Shown in pieces: positions 1 through 10,049 of a DNA stretch of 64,000 nt. The notes under the pieces were generated by a model. It searched no databases, was not told the origin of the DNA, and saw nothing but the letters and a program-made list of their open reading frames with translations. The DNA lies in contig JAMDHS010000014.1 of assembly GCA_029717555.1 (NCBI GenBank), forward strand, positions 62,001 to 126,000, in the 5' to 3' direction. How positions within the stretch are numbered: the stretch's first letter is position 1; the number at the start of each line of letters is the position of its first letter. This DNA is from Peribolospora baueri. Its lineage: Eukaryota. The translations under genes were made by a program, and so were the position numbers.

Positions 1-1491
1 TCATTAGCTCCTTCCTTTTTTCACACGGATAAAGTTCGAGATCAACTCACAAAGGACTTTGATCTCGTTCCAAATCTCTGCCTTCGTCCGTCGGTCGGCA
101 TCCTTTTCTCGCTCGTCAACGACACCGACGACCTTCTCCGCCGCCACAAACCCATCGGCGCTCGTCTCCTTCTGCTTCCCGAGCGCTACGACCCGTTTCG
201 TTTCCTCGTCGCCGGACGTTTCGAACGCTTGAGCGACGTCCGCCACGGCTGCCGCCGCCGGTGGTACAGATACCAGGGTGGAACGGGCCGGTTCCCCGCC
301 CGCGCCTTTCTCCGCGCCATCCGTCCCCGTCGCTCCGTCCGCCCGTGCCACAAACTCTTTCGCCCATTCCGCACCCGTCTCACCTACGATCGCTTGCGTC
401 GCGTGACCGTTGGGCTTGGCGTCAGACTGAGGCTCGCCAAAAGCGCTACCGGCGACCGGCACAGCAGCGTCTTCGGCGGCGTCGAAGACATGCTCGGGGG
501 ACACTCCGTTCTCCTGAGCTCCCGCGACGCCGTCGGGAACGTTGACAGAATCCGCGGACACCTCCTCTTCCGGGTTTTCTGACGGCGCGTCCGTCGTAGC
601 TGGGGTCGTGTCACCTTCCTCGGCCAAGACATACGGCTGCACACCCTCCTTCTCTGCACTCCTTTCTCCCGCACCGCCCACCTCTTCCTTTGCCTCTGTC
701 TTCTCCAAGCTAGATGGTCCGTTGTTCGTCGCCTCCGCTGCAGAAGTGGTCGGCTCGGCTGTTCGCTTTCCATCCTCAGTGAGAGCGTCGTCGGACGTTC
801 CGTTCGGCCCCGGCTTGGCTTCTCCCAAATCGCCACTGGCTTGAACGCCACCTTGGCTTTCGCTTGTCGCCCTGGTCGCCGTCTCGGGCTCCGTCTGCGG
901 CGTCTCGCTTCCCACCCGCCCTTCCTCCACCGTGGTCACCGTCGCGGCCACCTCGGCCAACTTGGCCCTCCTCGCCTTGGTCTGCAAGGCAGACGTGAGC
1001 GCCTCCACGTCCATGCTCTCGAACAGCTGGTCCCCAAAGGTGGGCAGGAGGGCAAGGACGGTGAACTGACAGTCGCTTTGGTTCTGACCAAAACGTCGTT
1101 GGAGACTGGGGGGTGCGTGTTTCCACGAAAAGAGATGAAATGGAATGGAATCGGAAGGTGAATGCGACGAATGCAGGGTACGCAATCTCGCTGTCTTTCT
1201 TCCCGCGCCTCCGATGGTTTCCCACTCCCTTCCCGGCCGCCACAAGGGACGTGGGGAGGGCGGGGCGGGGCGGGGGACGAATCAAGGACACAGTCACAAA
1301 CAGGGAGAAAGGGAAGGAATGATAAAGACTCACTTCTCCCTCCCACTCTTGTCCTCGGTCAACCTCCTCTGCACATCCCTGAGCTTCTCCGCGGCGTACT
1401 GGCCCAGGAGGTAGGCGCCTCCCACGAAGCCGCCAGCGAGGGCGAAGCCTCTCCGACGGTCGTAGAAGTAGTTGTAGATGGAGGAGAGCAT
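1..1491 (-). CDS. PEX3: Peroxin-3 (peroxisomal membrane biogenesis factor), 5' part; continues beyond left edge
   Basis: ATG at 1491: MLSSIYNYFYDRRRGFALAGGFVGGAYLLGQYA (N-terminal TM). Intron 1333-1106, then LQRRFGQNQSDCQFTVLALLPT...MDVEALT and KAEIWNEIK, which are fungal Pex3 motifs. Next GTGAG donor at 50. Confidence 0.9.
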
Positions 1492-2395
1492 GGATAAGGA
1501 AGAAGCGAGGTGGAGAGAAGCGGTTACGGACCGTGCACTCGCACGACACGAGGTCCAGGAAAGCGAACCGGCCGTGCGTCGTTCTCGTTCTCAAACCTGC
1601 GGATGGTCCTGCTCGGGATTGCGCGTGACTGCTGCGGTAACTCGGAGATCGGCCTCGGCTGTCCGGCCTGTGCGACAGCGGCGGGCAGAGGGATGTATGT
1701 GACTACCAAGGACGGGGACGAAGGGATATAGATAGATGGACGAGGGCGAGCAATGCAAGGAAGCTGAAGGATCGATGGACATGAGATGCTTGAGTCGAGG
1801 ACGCGGCCCCAGTGCCAGCGTCTTCACCAACACGACTCTCGCCTCGCCCACTTCACGGCGTCCTCCGCCCTCATCTCGTCTCTCAGTACGTCCTCCAGCC
1901 GCTCTGTTGCCACGACTCATACTCCTTCTACATCCTCTGCTCAACACCGGACACCTGCTTTAGCTCACTTAACCGCGAATGTCGCGCCGTCGCCTCCTCC
2001 TGGGCCGTGCTCCTTCCTCGTGTGTGCTACTGGGAATCGTATCGTATCGATGTGGAATCCCTACCCCTCACACCGCTTATCTCCGTCCCTTCCGCTCTCG
2101 TCCCCACTCGACACAAAACGCAGCCCACCCGTGGAGAAATGGTTCGGGGTACGTCACGTGATGTCTGCATACGTCCCTTTTTTTTTGTCCGTCGTCGTCG
2201 TCGCTTGCCCGAGCGGCACCCTCTATTCCTCCGACCACTCTCCTTTCCCTTCTGCACTACTTCAATACCTACACATCCTTCGTGTTTGAGACCATGGAAG
2301 GCAACAGGTTCTGCCCAAGATGTGGGAAAGTGGTCCCTTTATCCCAGTGGTCTCAAAAAAAACCTTCGAAGTGACTACTTCGGAATGCAACAACC

Positions 2396-3250
2396 ATGGG
2401 CGAAAACGCATTTTTGCCGAAAGGCCTGTTTTCATGCTCCATGGCTTCCTGGTCCTCGTACGCAAGGCTCGACACTTCAAAAATGGCCAATTCGGATCAC
2501 ATGTCAAGATTCAGTAGTGAGCTATCCCTTGCTGCCCATGTCCCGGCAAGGGAGAGGAATAAGGTTATTGCGGACCACATTGCATCGCGTCTACGGAAGG
2601 AGTCCGGCTTCAGGTGGATGTAAGTGTTTTCTGACTCGACCAATGCAGTTTTTAGAGATGTCTGGTGCTTGAAATCAGTCTTTTGAGATTATGTTTCCTT
2701 CATTTATATAAGCAATGATGGCCGAGATGCCACGTACGCCTCTCCAACCTGGAAGTACAGGATCAAAAGCGTAAGCGGCTTGTACCGGAAGATGAGCGCA
2801 AGCGCATGACGAACACACGACAAGTCTTTGTCCGCTGCCATGGCAAACTCAACATCAACATCAACGTTGAGAAGCGGCTTGCCATTCTGAAGATCCGACA
2901 TCGCCACCATGAACATACCTATGACGAGAGGACCATCTCAACTTCCGAAAAGGAGTACATTCTCAGCAATGAAAAGGGTGACCCCATTCCATGTTAGACG
3001 AAGATTCCGCGCTCACTTTTCTCTTTCCAACTTCTGCAGTGCCGCTGACAGAGTTCGGAGTCCTTGCAAGCTCGCTTACCTTCGCCTGGTTGGGGAGCTT
3101 TGGAATAAAACAAGAACTCTGTCGGCGGCACTGCAGAAGTTGGAAAGAGAAAAGTCAGCACGGCATCTTCGTCCAACATGGAATGGTGCCACCCTTTTCT
3201 ATGATCCCAATATTTCTTGACATGTACATATTCATTTCATGAACCGAATA
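2396..3250 (+). pseudogene. Decayed fungal MULE/SWIM-type transposase-like N-terminal fragment
   Basis: Fragments IADHIASRLRKESGFRW and RQVFVRCHGKLNINI...LKIRHRHHEHTYDERTIS..EKEYILSN show the C-x-G-x-L...H-x3-H zinc-domain pattern I recall from fungal Mutator-like proteins. In-frame stops are present and the fragment is broken by an inverted repeat. Confidence 0.45.
2971..3199. repeat. Fold-back inverted repeat, 86-bp arms (2971-3056 / 3114-3199), 57-bp loop
   Basis: gaaaagggtg..ccattccatgtt...gacagagttc is matched by its reverse complement; about 7 mismatches counted by eye. Confidence 0.95.
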
Positions 3251-3535
3251 GAATATGCGAAGAAGCAGGGAGATGTCGCGTTGAATCACGGACAGGCGAA
3301 TTCCACGTGACGTCACGTGCTGTCACTTTTTCACGGGTGGGCCGCGACGCTTCTACTCGACCTCGATCTTCGTTCTTGTCATAGCCCGTTCCGTTCTATA
3401 GCTCTGTCAGCGTGCCGTTCTGTGACTGGAGCTGTTAGTAGGGTCTTCGAAGTTCTCCTCGAAGCTGACATCTCTTCAAGAGACAATTGCTCCGCTGTTG
3501 AGTTCCAGGAGCACGTACTTCCTCGCTTCGGCTTC

Positions 3536-4018
3536 GTATCCGACCGTGGCAACGGCGCTTAGGTTGCGGGAAGAACAGTGATAGACGCCGTCATCCAAGA
3601 GGAAACGCTTGAGGAAGCAGCGGGCAACAGACATCGCCATGATTCATGGCGAGTTGTGGATCCCAGCAATGCCGACGAGCTGGGATGGGTTGACGACGGA
3701 GTTTTGGCTTCGCTGGATGGCTGAGCTAGGTCCACTTTGGCTTCGCTGGATGGTTGAGCTAGCTTTCTCCACGGGAGCTTTCTCCACGGGTGGAGAAAGC
3801 TAGCTCAACCATCCAGCGAAGCCAAAACCCCGTCGTCAACCCATCCCAGCTCGCCGGCATTGCTGGGATCCACAACTCACCATGAATCATGGCGATGTCT
3901 GTTGCCGGCTGCTTCCTCAAGCGTTTCCTCTTGGACGACGGCGTCTATCACTGTTGACGATTTCGGTGGCAGATCCGTGCCTTCCCGCAGCCTAAGCGCC
4001 GTTGCCACGGTCGGATAC
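3536..4018. repeat. Long near-perfect palindrome (inverted duplication of gag segment), apex about 3788-3789
   Basis: The left arm starting gtatccgaccgtggcaacggcgc matches the reverse complement ending ...gccacggtcggatac. About 6-7 substitutions, one 25-bp indel (3956-3980), 2-nt loop. Confidence 0.97.
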
Positions 4019-4056
4019 ACGCTCCGTACCTTGCTAAGCAGGAAGTATGCGAAATC

Positions 4057-4464
4057 TTAATCCGACTGTCCTCCTCCGAGCTCATAGAGTTGCTCGTGTA
4101 AGTGCTTAGCTCGATCGAAGAATCTCCGCATTGACTCGTTGTCTCTGATCTCGAGGTTCTGAAATTCACTTTGCACCCGGAGTCGGTGGGTGTGAGACGT
4201 TGCTACATTGACCTCCATGAGCTTGTTCCATAGTGCTCGAGGGTTGTCCACTCCAGCCGGTAAGGATACTGGCGAGGGTGCATCATCAGCCTGATTGCTG
4301 ACATCGCCACCTCGCGCTTCTTTACTTGCCACCAGGCTTCTTGGCATCGTCCGTGGATTTCTATCAACAACATCCCAGAGGTCCGCGACCTGGAGTGCCG
4401 ACCGTGCCCCGACATGCCATGAGCAGCAGTTGCCCTCGGTGAGCTTGGGGATACTTAGCACCAT
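4057..4464 (-). pseudogene. Copia-type gag fragment (stop at 4057; gag-like frame continues to about 3900)
   Basis: IPKLTEGN..W......L...LWDVV is the typical copia gag N-terminus, about 100 bp downstream of the PBS. Confidence 0.8.
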
Positions 4465-4552
4465 GGATGTGTTCTACGTCTGCACAGACGTGAGGGGTTG
4501 CTGGGTGTCGGACATGGTGATGTTGATATGTTCTGGTGCGAAAAGATTCAAG

Positions 4553-4568
4553 GGGCTGGGCTCATAAC
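4553..4568 (-). promoter_or_regulatory. Primer-binding site (copia-type)
   Basis: GTTATGAGCCC directly follows the LTR terminal CA on the minus strand and resembles the GGTTATG(G/A)GCCC half-tRNA-iMet PBS of copia/Ty5-like elements. Confidence 0.8.
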
Positions 4569-4931
4569 TGTTAGCAGGGTCGTAGGGACTATGTTAACAG
4601 GAGCGAAGATCGAGGTCGAGGAGAAAAGCTGTGTGAGGGGTAGGGATTCCACAGGGATGAGTGCTCACGTACTTGTCCCAGACACTTACGTAAGGAAGAT
4701 CTTCTAACCCTCATACCCTACTCCCTCGGACCATTGCGCCCTCTCTGTGTCTCCCACATTCGAGGGCTGGGTCTCTCACGAGTATATAAGTAGCGGTCTG
4801 GGCTTGCAGAGGTCCGAGAACTAGCAGAGTAGGGTATGAGACGTGGCTAAGACGGGCGTCTCTAGCAGGGAGGACGGACAAAAGCGGAGATAGCCGGACC
4901 AGTAGACTAGAATCCCACATCCCCTGTAACA
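4569..4931 (-). repeat. 5' LTR (363 bp)
   Basis: Bounded by TGTTA...TAACA terminal inverted repeats, adjacent to the PBS, with an internal TATATAA at about 4784. Confidence 0.85.
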
Positions 4932-5942
4932 TGGACGGGACGACTGCGGTAGAGCATTACGTAACTCGAGCTCGAAGAGCGCCCGCGGCGGTCCAAGGGG
5001 AGAAGAGACGGGGTGACGACCACGACCACCACGACCACGACGGCGTGTTCGCGGCGTCGACGGGCTCTTACACGTCTCCTCTATGGGCATTAGGTTGGAG
5101 CAACGGCGCAGCACCGGTGCCGGCACGTCTGCATTTGACATCTCGACAAGCTAGTCCCGTAGGTTGGCAGCTCGACGCGGCGGTGGTGGAAATGGCGTGG
5201 GGAGTGGCGCACAAGCAGGACGGCATCCGCGAAGGACCATCGGCGGCCGGACCATGGACTTTCACTCACACTCTAACCGTCGAGCAGAGACGGGCGATAA
5301 CGTACGCCTAGGGACCTTGCCATCCCCCGGTCGCAGGACTCACTTCGGCCGCCTGGTAGACATCGTTCAACATCTCCTGCGACAAACGAGGAATCGCCTG
5401 CCGGCCTTGACGTATTCTCGTCCTCTCCCCTTCTTTCTTGTCCGTCCTTGCAGCTCCTCCTTTGCCTCTTTCTCGAAGCGTAGATTTGTCTCCGCGCCGT
5501 GCTATAGGAAGATGGATCGAACTGTGGCGTCTGACAATATGCTAGACGAGGAGGAGGGCGGCGAGAGCGACGGCTTGCCTCCCTCCATCTGTCTCTTCCT
5601 GGAAGCAGCGTTCAACACTACACTCTACATGATTCTTAGGCATTCCTCCAGTGCCGCCAGCGACCGGAGTGTCTGACCGGGTTGTTGACCGCCACGCCTG
5701 TGTCTCCCCATGCCTGCCTATATACGAAGCCACAGGGGGGCCCTAACCAAGACCTTCAGCGAGGCTCGGCCCCTTCAGCTCGCAGTCGTGTTTTCTTCTC
5801 TTCCAACTACCCCTGCTGTGTATATCTCCTCTGTCGGAGACGAATCAGACCGAGTCAGCCAGGTAGCGCTCGCGTCCTCACACCAGGGTCCCTTCTCCCC
5901 ACCGCCTCGTTCGAGACCACTCGCCCTTCAGATCGGCCCACT

Positions 5943-8060
5943 ATGCGAATCACCGTCCCCACGTCGTTGACCCTAGCGCCTCTCCTGCTCTTGAGCAGCC
6001 ATTCATCCCGTGCCTCCGCCTTCTCCTTCTCCTACTCGCACTCTGCGCACAACCCGGCTCATCGCGACCTCCCACGAGCTATTTTGGACGCTCCCCTCAT
6101 CGACCGGCGAGGGAGGGCCGTCGAACTCGCAGTTCTTGCAGCCCAGGGTGCCAACGTGAACTCATCCGGCGTTGGAATGGATGACTGGTATGCTATGGAG
6201 GAGCGGGCTTTGTGCGAGGCGGCAGAGGAGCCAGTTTTCGCTGTGTAGTGAGTTTCCCTTGTTCTCGTGACATCATTTTGCAAACGGCTGGATGTGCGGA
6301 CGCTGACGGTTGGACCTGTATGCGGTGCTTTGTGGGCATGATGGATGGCTTCCACGCAGCTGGGACCGGTGGATCGCGGGCCAGACTGGTCTACCGGACA
6401 CGACAGCGTTGGGTGAGCTCCCCGATAGCCTGCTGCTCTTTGCGTGAATTGGGTCTCCAGGTCTGGCGTGCCCGCTCATCCATGCCGGCTTCCTTTACCC
6501 CTTTCTCTGCCCGTCCGACCGGATCTCGAAATACCCAGGCGGCTTCAACCACGTCCTCCTTTCCTTTTGGCTTCGAACCGGTCCGGCGGACCAGGCGGCC
6601 ATGTGGACGCAGCTCACGGCGGAGCAGCGACAGAGTTTTAAGCAGCAGTACCTTAAGAATGGCGTAAAGGTGTGTCTCGAGAGTCGCATGTCTTCGTACC
6701 CTTTGGTGGTTGCCTGTGTCAATAAACCTAGGCCCATTTCGCCCCCGTCTCTTTTCGGTAATGGCTCATCCACTCGTCCTTTCTCACCGATTCGTATCTC
6801 CTCGCTCGACCCCGAACCTCACCCAGCTCATGGTGTCCGCTTTCGGCTCCACTGACACTCCGACCTCCTCCGGTGCGAATGCGACGGCCGTGGCCGGTCA
6901 GCTCGCCCAGTTCGTCAAGGAATACGGCTTTGACGGAGCGGACGTGGACTACGAAGACTTTGCTGCTATCGGTAAGGCTGATGGGTCCGCGGAGAACTGG
7001 GTAAGTGTGACTGCTTTGGGAGACGTCGGAGAGGCTGGAAGGTAATGTAGCTGAATGTCCCCTCATGCGTTCTTCTTTCTCGTCGTCGCATGAATAGGTC
7101 GTCGAGTTCACCACGGAGCTTCGAGCGCAACTGCCGAAGGGACAGTACACCATCACCCACGCGCGTGAGTACCTTCAGCCCTATCGTCAAGCCAGCAGCT
7201 TATTGGTTACTCATCTCATCCGCTCTTTTCTCCTCCACGGCTGACATCCCTTCTCGCCTCCGTATCGTATCGATCGAACGCCTTCTCCACAGCCGTCGCG
7301 CCATGGTTCTCACCGATCTACAAAGCGGGAGCCTACACCAAAATCTTCCAAAAGGCTGGCGACCTGATCGACTACTTCCTCGTTCAGTTTTATAATCAGT
7401 GCGTCCTTTGATCCCTCTTTTCCATTCTGGCATTGTTTCGACAGCATGCCCTCATTTCTAGTCCCCTCTGACCTCTCTCATCTCCTTCTCCCGCTCTTGC
7501 CAGGGGTGCGACTGAATACACAACGTGTGAGGGTCTCCTCGATAAAAGCTCCGCCACCTTCCCCAGCACTTCCCTTTTCGAGATCCATACCGTCGCAGGA
7601 GTTCCTCTTGTGAGTGCTCCCTTGCCGTCTATCCGTACCTGCCCGTCCACATCGCTCGACGACGGCTTCGCTGACGTCGCATCTGCTCGTCCCCACCCGC
7701 CAACAGGAAAAGCTAGTCATCGGCAAGCCGGCGACAACAGCGGATGCGGTGAGTGGACCGAGCATGAACATGGATGCGGCAGAGCTGATGCTCTTCTCTT
7801 CTCACAAACTCGCCCGCTGACGATATCGCTCTTTTTGTCATCTCTATCATTATTTTCTTCGCCCTTCTCGTCTCTTCGTCCTTTCGATGCCGGTACCCCC
7901 GTGCGATCGTCCTCCAAAGTCGACTGGCTATATGTCCGCCGATCAGATTGGCCAGTGCGTCGCGCAAGCGGTTCAAAAGGGATGGAAAGCTGGCGTGAGC
8001 ACCTGGCAATGGGACCCCCCGTCAGGCTGGCTCTCCAGTGCGCGCGGCGGAGCCCTATGA
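5943..8060 (+). CDS. Secreted GH18 chitinase (multi-exon)
   Basis: Signal peptide MRITVPTSLTLAPLLLLSS; GFNHVLLSFW; LMVSAFGSTDTPT; catalytic FDGADVDYED; KLVIGKPA; ends GWKAGVSTWQWDPPSGWLSSARGGAL*. Confidence 0.9.
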
Positions 8061-8406
8061 ACGCTCTTCCGTCCTCGTGCGATAGGTCTTTCCCCTCGCC
8101 GCCCAGTTTTTTCATAATCCTGCTCGCTAGTTCTGGCCAGTCTTGCGTTTTCCGCTCGTTCGACGGGCTGCCTTGCGGCGACTGCCCCCCTTTTTTGTTT
8201 GCTTGCTCCGTATCTGTACGATACTAATCGTGTAATATATACTTATTCTCGTGGCGAGGACATCCGCTAGTATTCCTCTCGGCGAACGGGCCGCCTTTCC
8301 ACGTGATGCAGCCTCAACATGGAGATCGCTCTCTGCCTTTCTTCTCGATCATCCTTTTCTCTCACGCTGATTCTTCTCCCTCAGCGAAGGTCTCCTCAAG
8401 GAATGC

Positions 8407-9963
8407 GATGTCTGACGAAGGAGATGAACGATCTGCAACACCTAACCCCCCGTCATCATTGATTGACTTGCACTCCTCGTCTACCAGGGTAGACGACGTC
8501 GACGAGGAGGTGAGCGAGTCAGTCCCAAGTCCTCCTCCACCTCCCCGCCTGCGTGTCCCCATGTCGGCCTTAGCATTATTTACTGAACTGGTCGCTTCTC
8601 TCATCCGCTGGACCAGGTCTTCCTTCTCTACACCCTCCACCGTCCCCGACCAGGCACGACCGGTCTAGGTTACCTAGACAACCGACATGACCACCTCTCC
8701 ATCCGAATCTCTCTCCAAGGAAGGGGCACCGGTGCCCCCGCTGACATCGAAGTCAGTCCATGCAGCCCGGAACGGGCCGCCTTACTCAATTTAGAACCAA
8801 GATCAAGGCGAGGTGGACATGTTACCGCGTTTGGTCGGAAGAGGAGCACACAGAAGCGCCCAGACGTTCATCAAGGCTCGAAGGGTGGTTCGGCGGGGGG
8901 CAAAACCAAGGTGGACCTAGATGCAGTCGAGGTCGTGCTCTCACAGGATGTGAGTAAACACTCTCATCCACCGCTTGGCCGTCCGTCTCCCCCACAGTCA
9001 TCATTGGATAGGGAGATCTGAACCACCTAAACTGTCAAGGTCACATCTCTGCGCACTCAAAACGGTAACACCGGAGCGGTCGCTTGGCGAGCGAAGTGAG
9101 CTCAGCTCGGCTTCCGGACCCACAGCGTCGGTGAGGCGTTCACTTCATGTTCGACTCACGTCCACTCTCCTTGTTTCCACTTCAGTCTTCACCTTGCCTC
9201 GCTCATCTTCTCACAGCTTTCCAGCTCCAAAGTGGATGAGCTCACCGGCGCCGCTCATCATCAGCAACTGTTCTCACCAGAGGGCCTATGTGCTGCCTCG
9301 GTACTCGAGCTCGGAGCGGGAACAGGTCTGCTCCCCCTGTTGCTCCTCTCACACCCACACATGCAAGCGTCCTCAACCTCTTGGCACTGGACGGCCACCG
9401 ACTTGGCAGATATGCTGCCCTTGCTCGAGAAAAACCTTGGCTTGTCCGGACGCCCATCGCATAGGGATGGTCCGCGACCGGTGAGCGTAGTAGAGGTGGA
9501 TTGGGTCGAAGTGGAGCGCATGGTCGACAGGAAGGATAAGAGGGGTCTCGCTCGCCTCCACGAGAACCTGTGCTACGTCTCCAAACTCGGACCCGAACCC
9601 GAACCTTCTTGTTGGCCGCTCCAAGGCTCGGCCGCGCCTCCCAAGCCGCCTCCCCGTTATGACCTCGTGACGGCCATCGACTGTTGCTACAACCCGTCGC
9701 TCTTCGCTCCGCTCATCAAGACGCTCACTCATTTCTGCACGCCGAACTTCACCCTAGCTCTCGTCCTTCTCGAGCTTAGGGCAGAGGAGAGCACGAGGCA
9801 GCTTTTGCGGACATGGTTAGAAACCGGAAAGGAAGAGTACAGATGGGAAGTCTGGAGGCTCGGCGAGGAAGTTCTGGGCGAGGAGCTGGCAAAAGGGTAT
9901 GCGTTATGGATAGGGTGGTTACGAAACCCTAACGAATGGAAGATGCATGTGATACCGATTTGA
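8407..9963 (+). CDS. SAM-dependent protein-lysine methyltransferase (Methyltransf_16; Rkm5-like)
   Basis: Spliced DVDEE|VFLLYT..LGYLD; SQD|VTSLR..GNTGAVAW; motif I VLELGAGTG; WTATDL; AIDCCYNPSL; LLELRAEE. Confidence 0.85.
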
Positions 9964-10049
9964 ATTCTAGGCGCTCTAGAAGCGCGACAGGTGCACGAGT
10001 GCCCCACGTCCTAGGGCTCGATTGGTAAAAAAAAAATGTTGGATCCTAA

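Larger units (their letters stand above)
3380..4931 (-). mobile_element. Truncated, internally rearranged Ty1/copia LTR retrotransposon
   Basis: LTR plus PBS, then gag (MVLSIPKLTEGNCCSW...LWDVVD; ALWNKLME; FAYFLLSKV..VYPTVATAL), then the integrase C-terminal SH3-like remnant VGYEAEARKYVLLELNSGAIVS*RDVSFEE (3544-3450). No RT, RNase H or second LTR seen. Confidence 0.85.

Noticed and set aside
1786..2672. 167- and 286-aa ORFs upstream of PEX3
   Set aside because: No domain-like content; they run through promoter-like and TE-relic DNA.
3703..3801. Short direct repeats resembling a CRISPR array
   Set aside because: Only two copies each, no unique spacers, eukaryotic context and no cas genes; explained as apex duplications.
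8641..8950. Apparent frameshift in the methyltransferase
   Set aside because: On recount the exon is open from VFLLYT to VVLSQD; the ORF track missed it only because it lacks a start codon.
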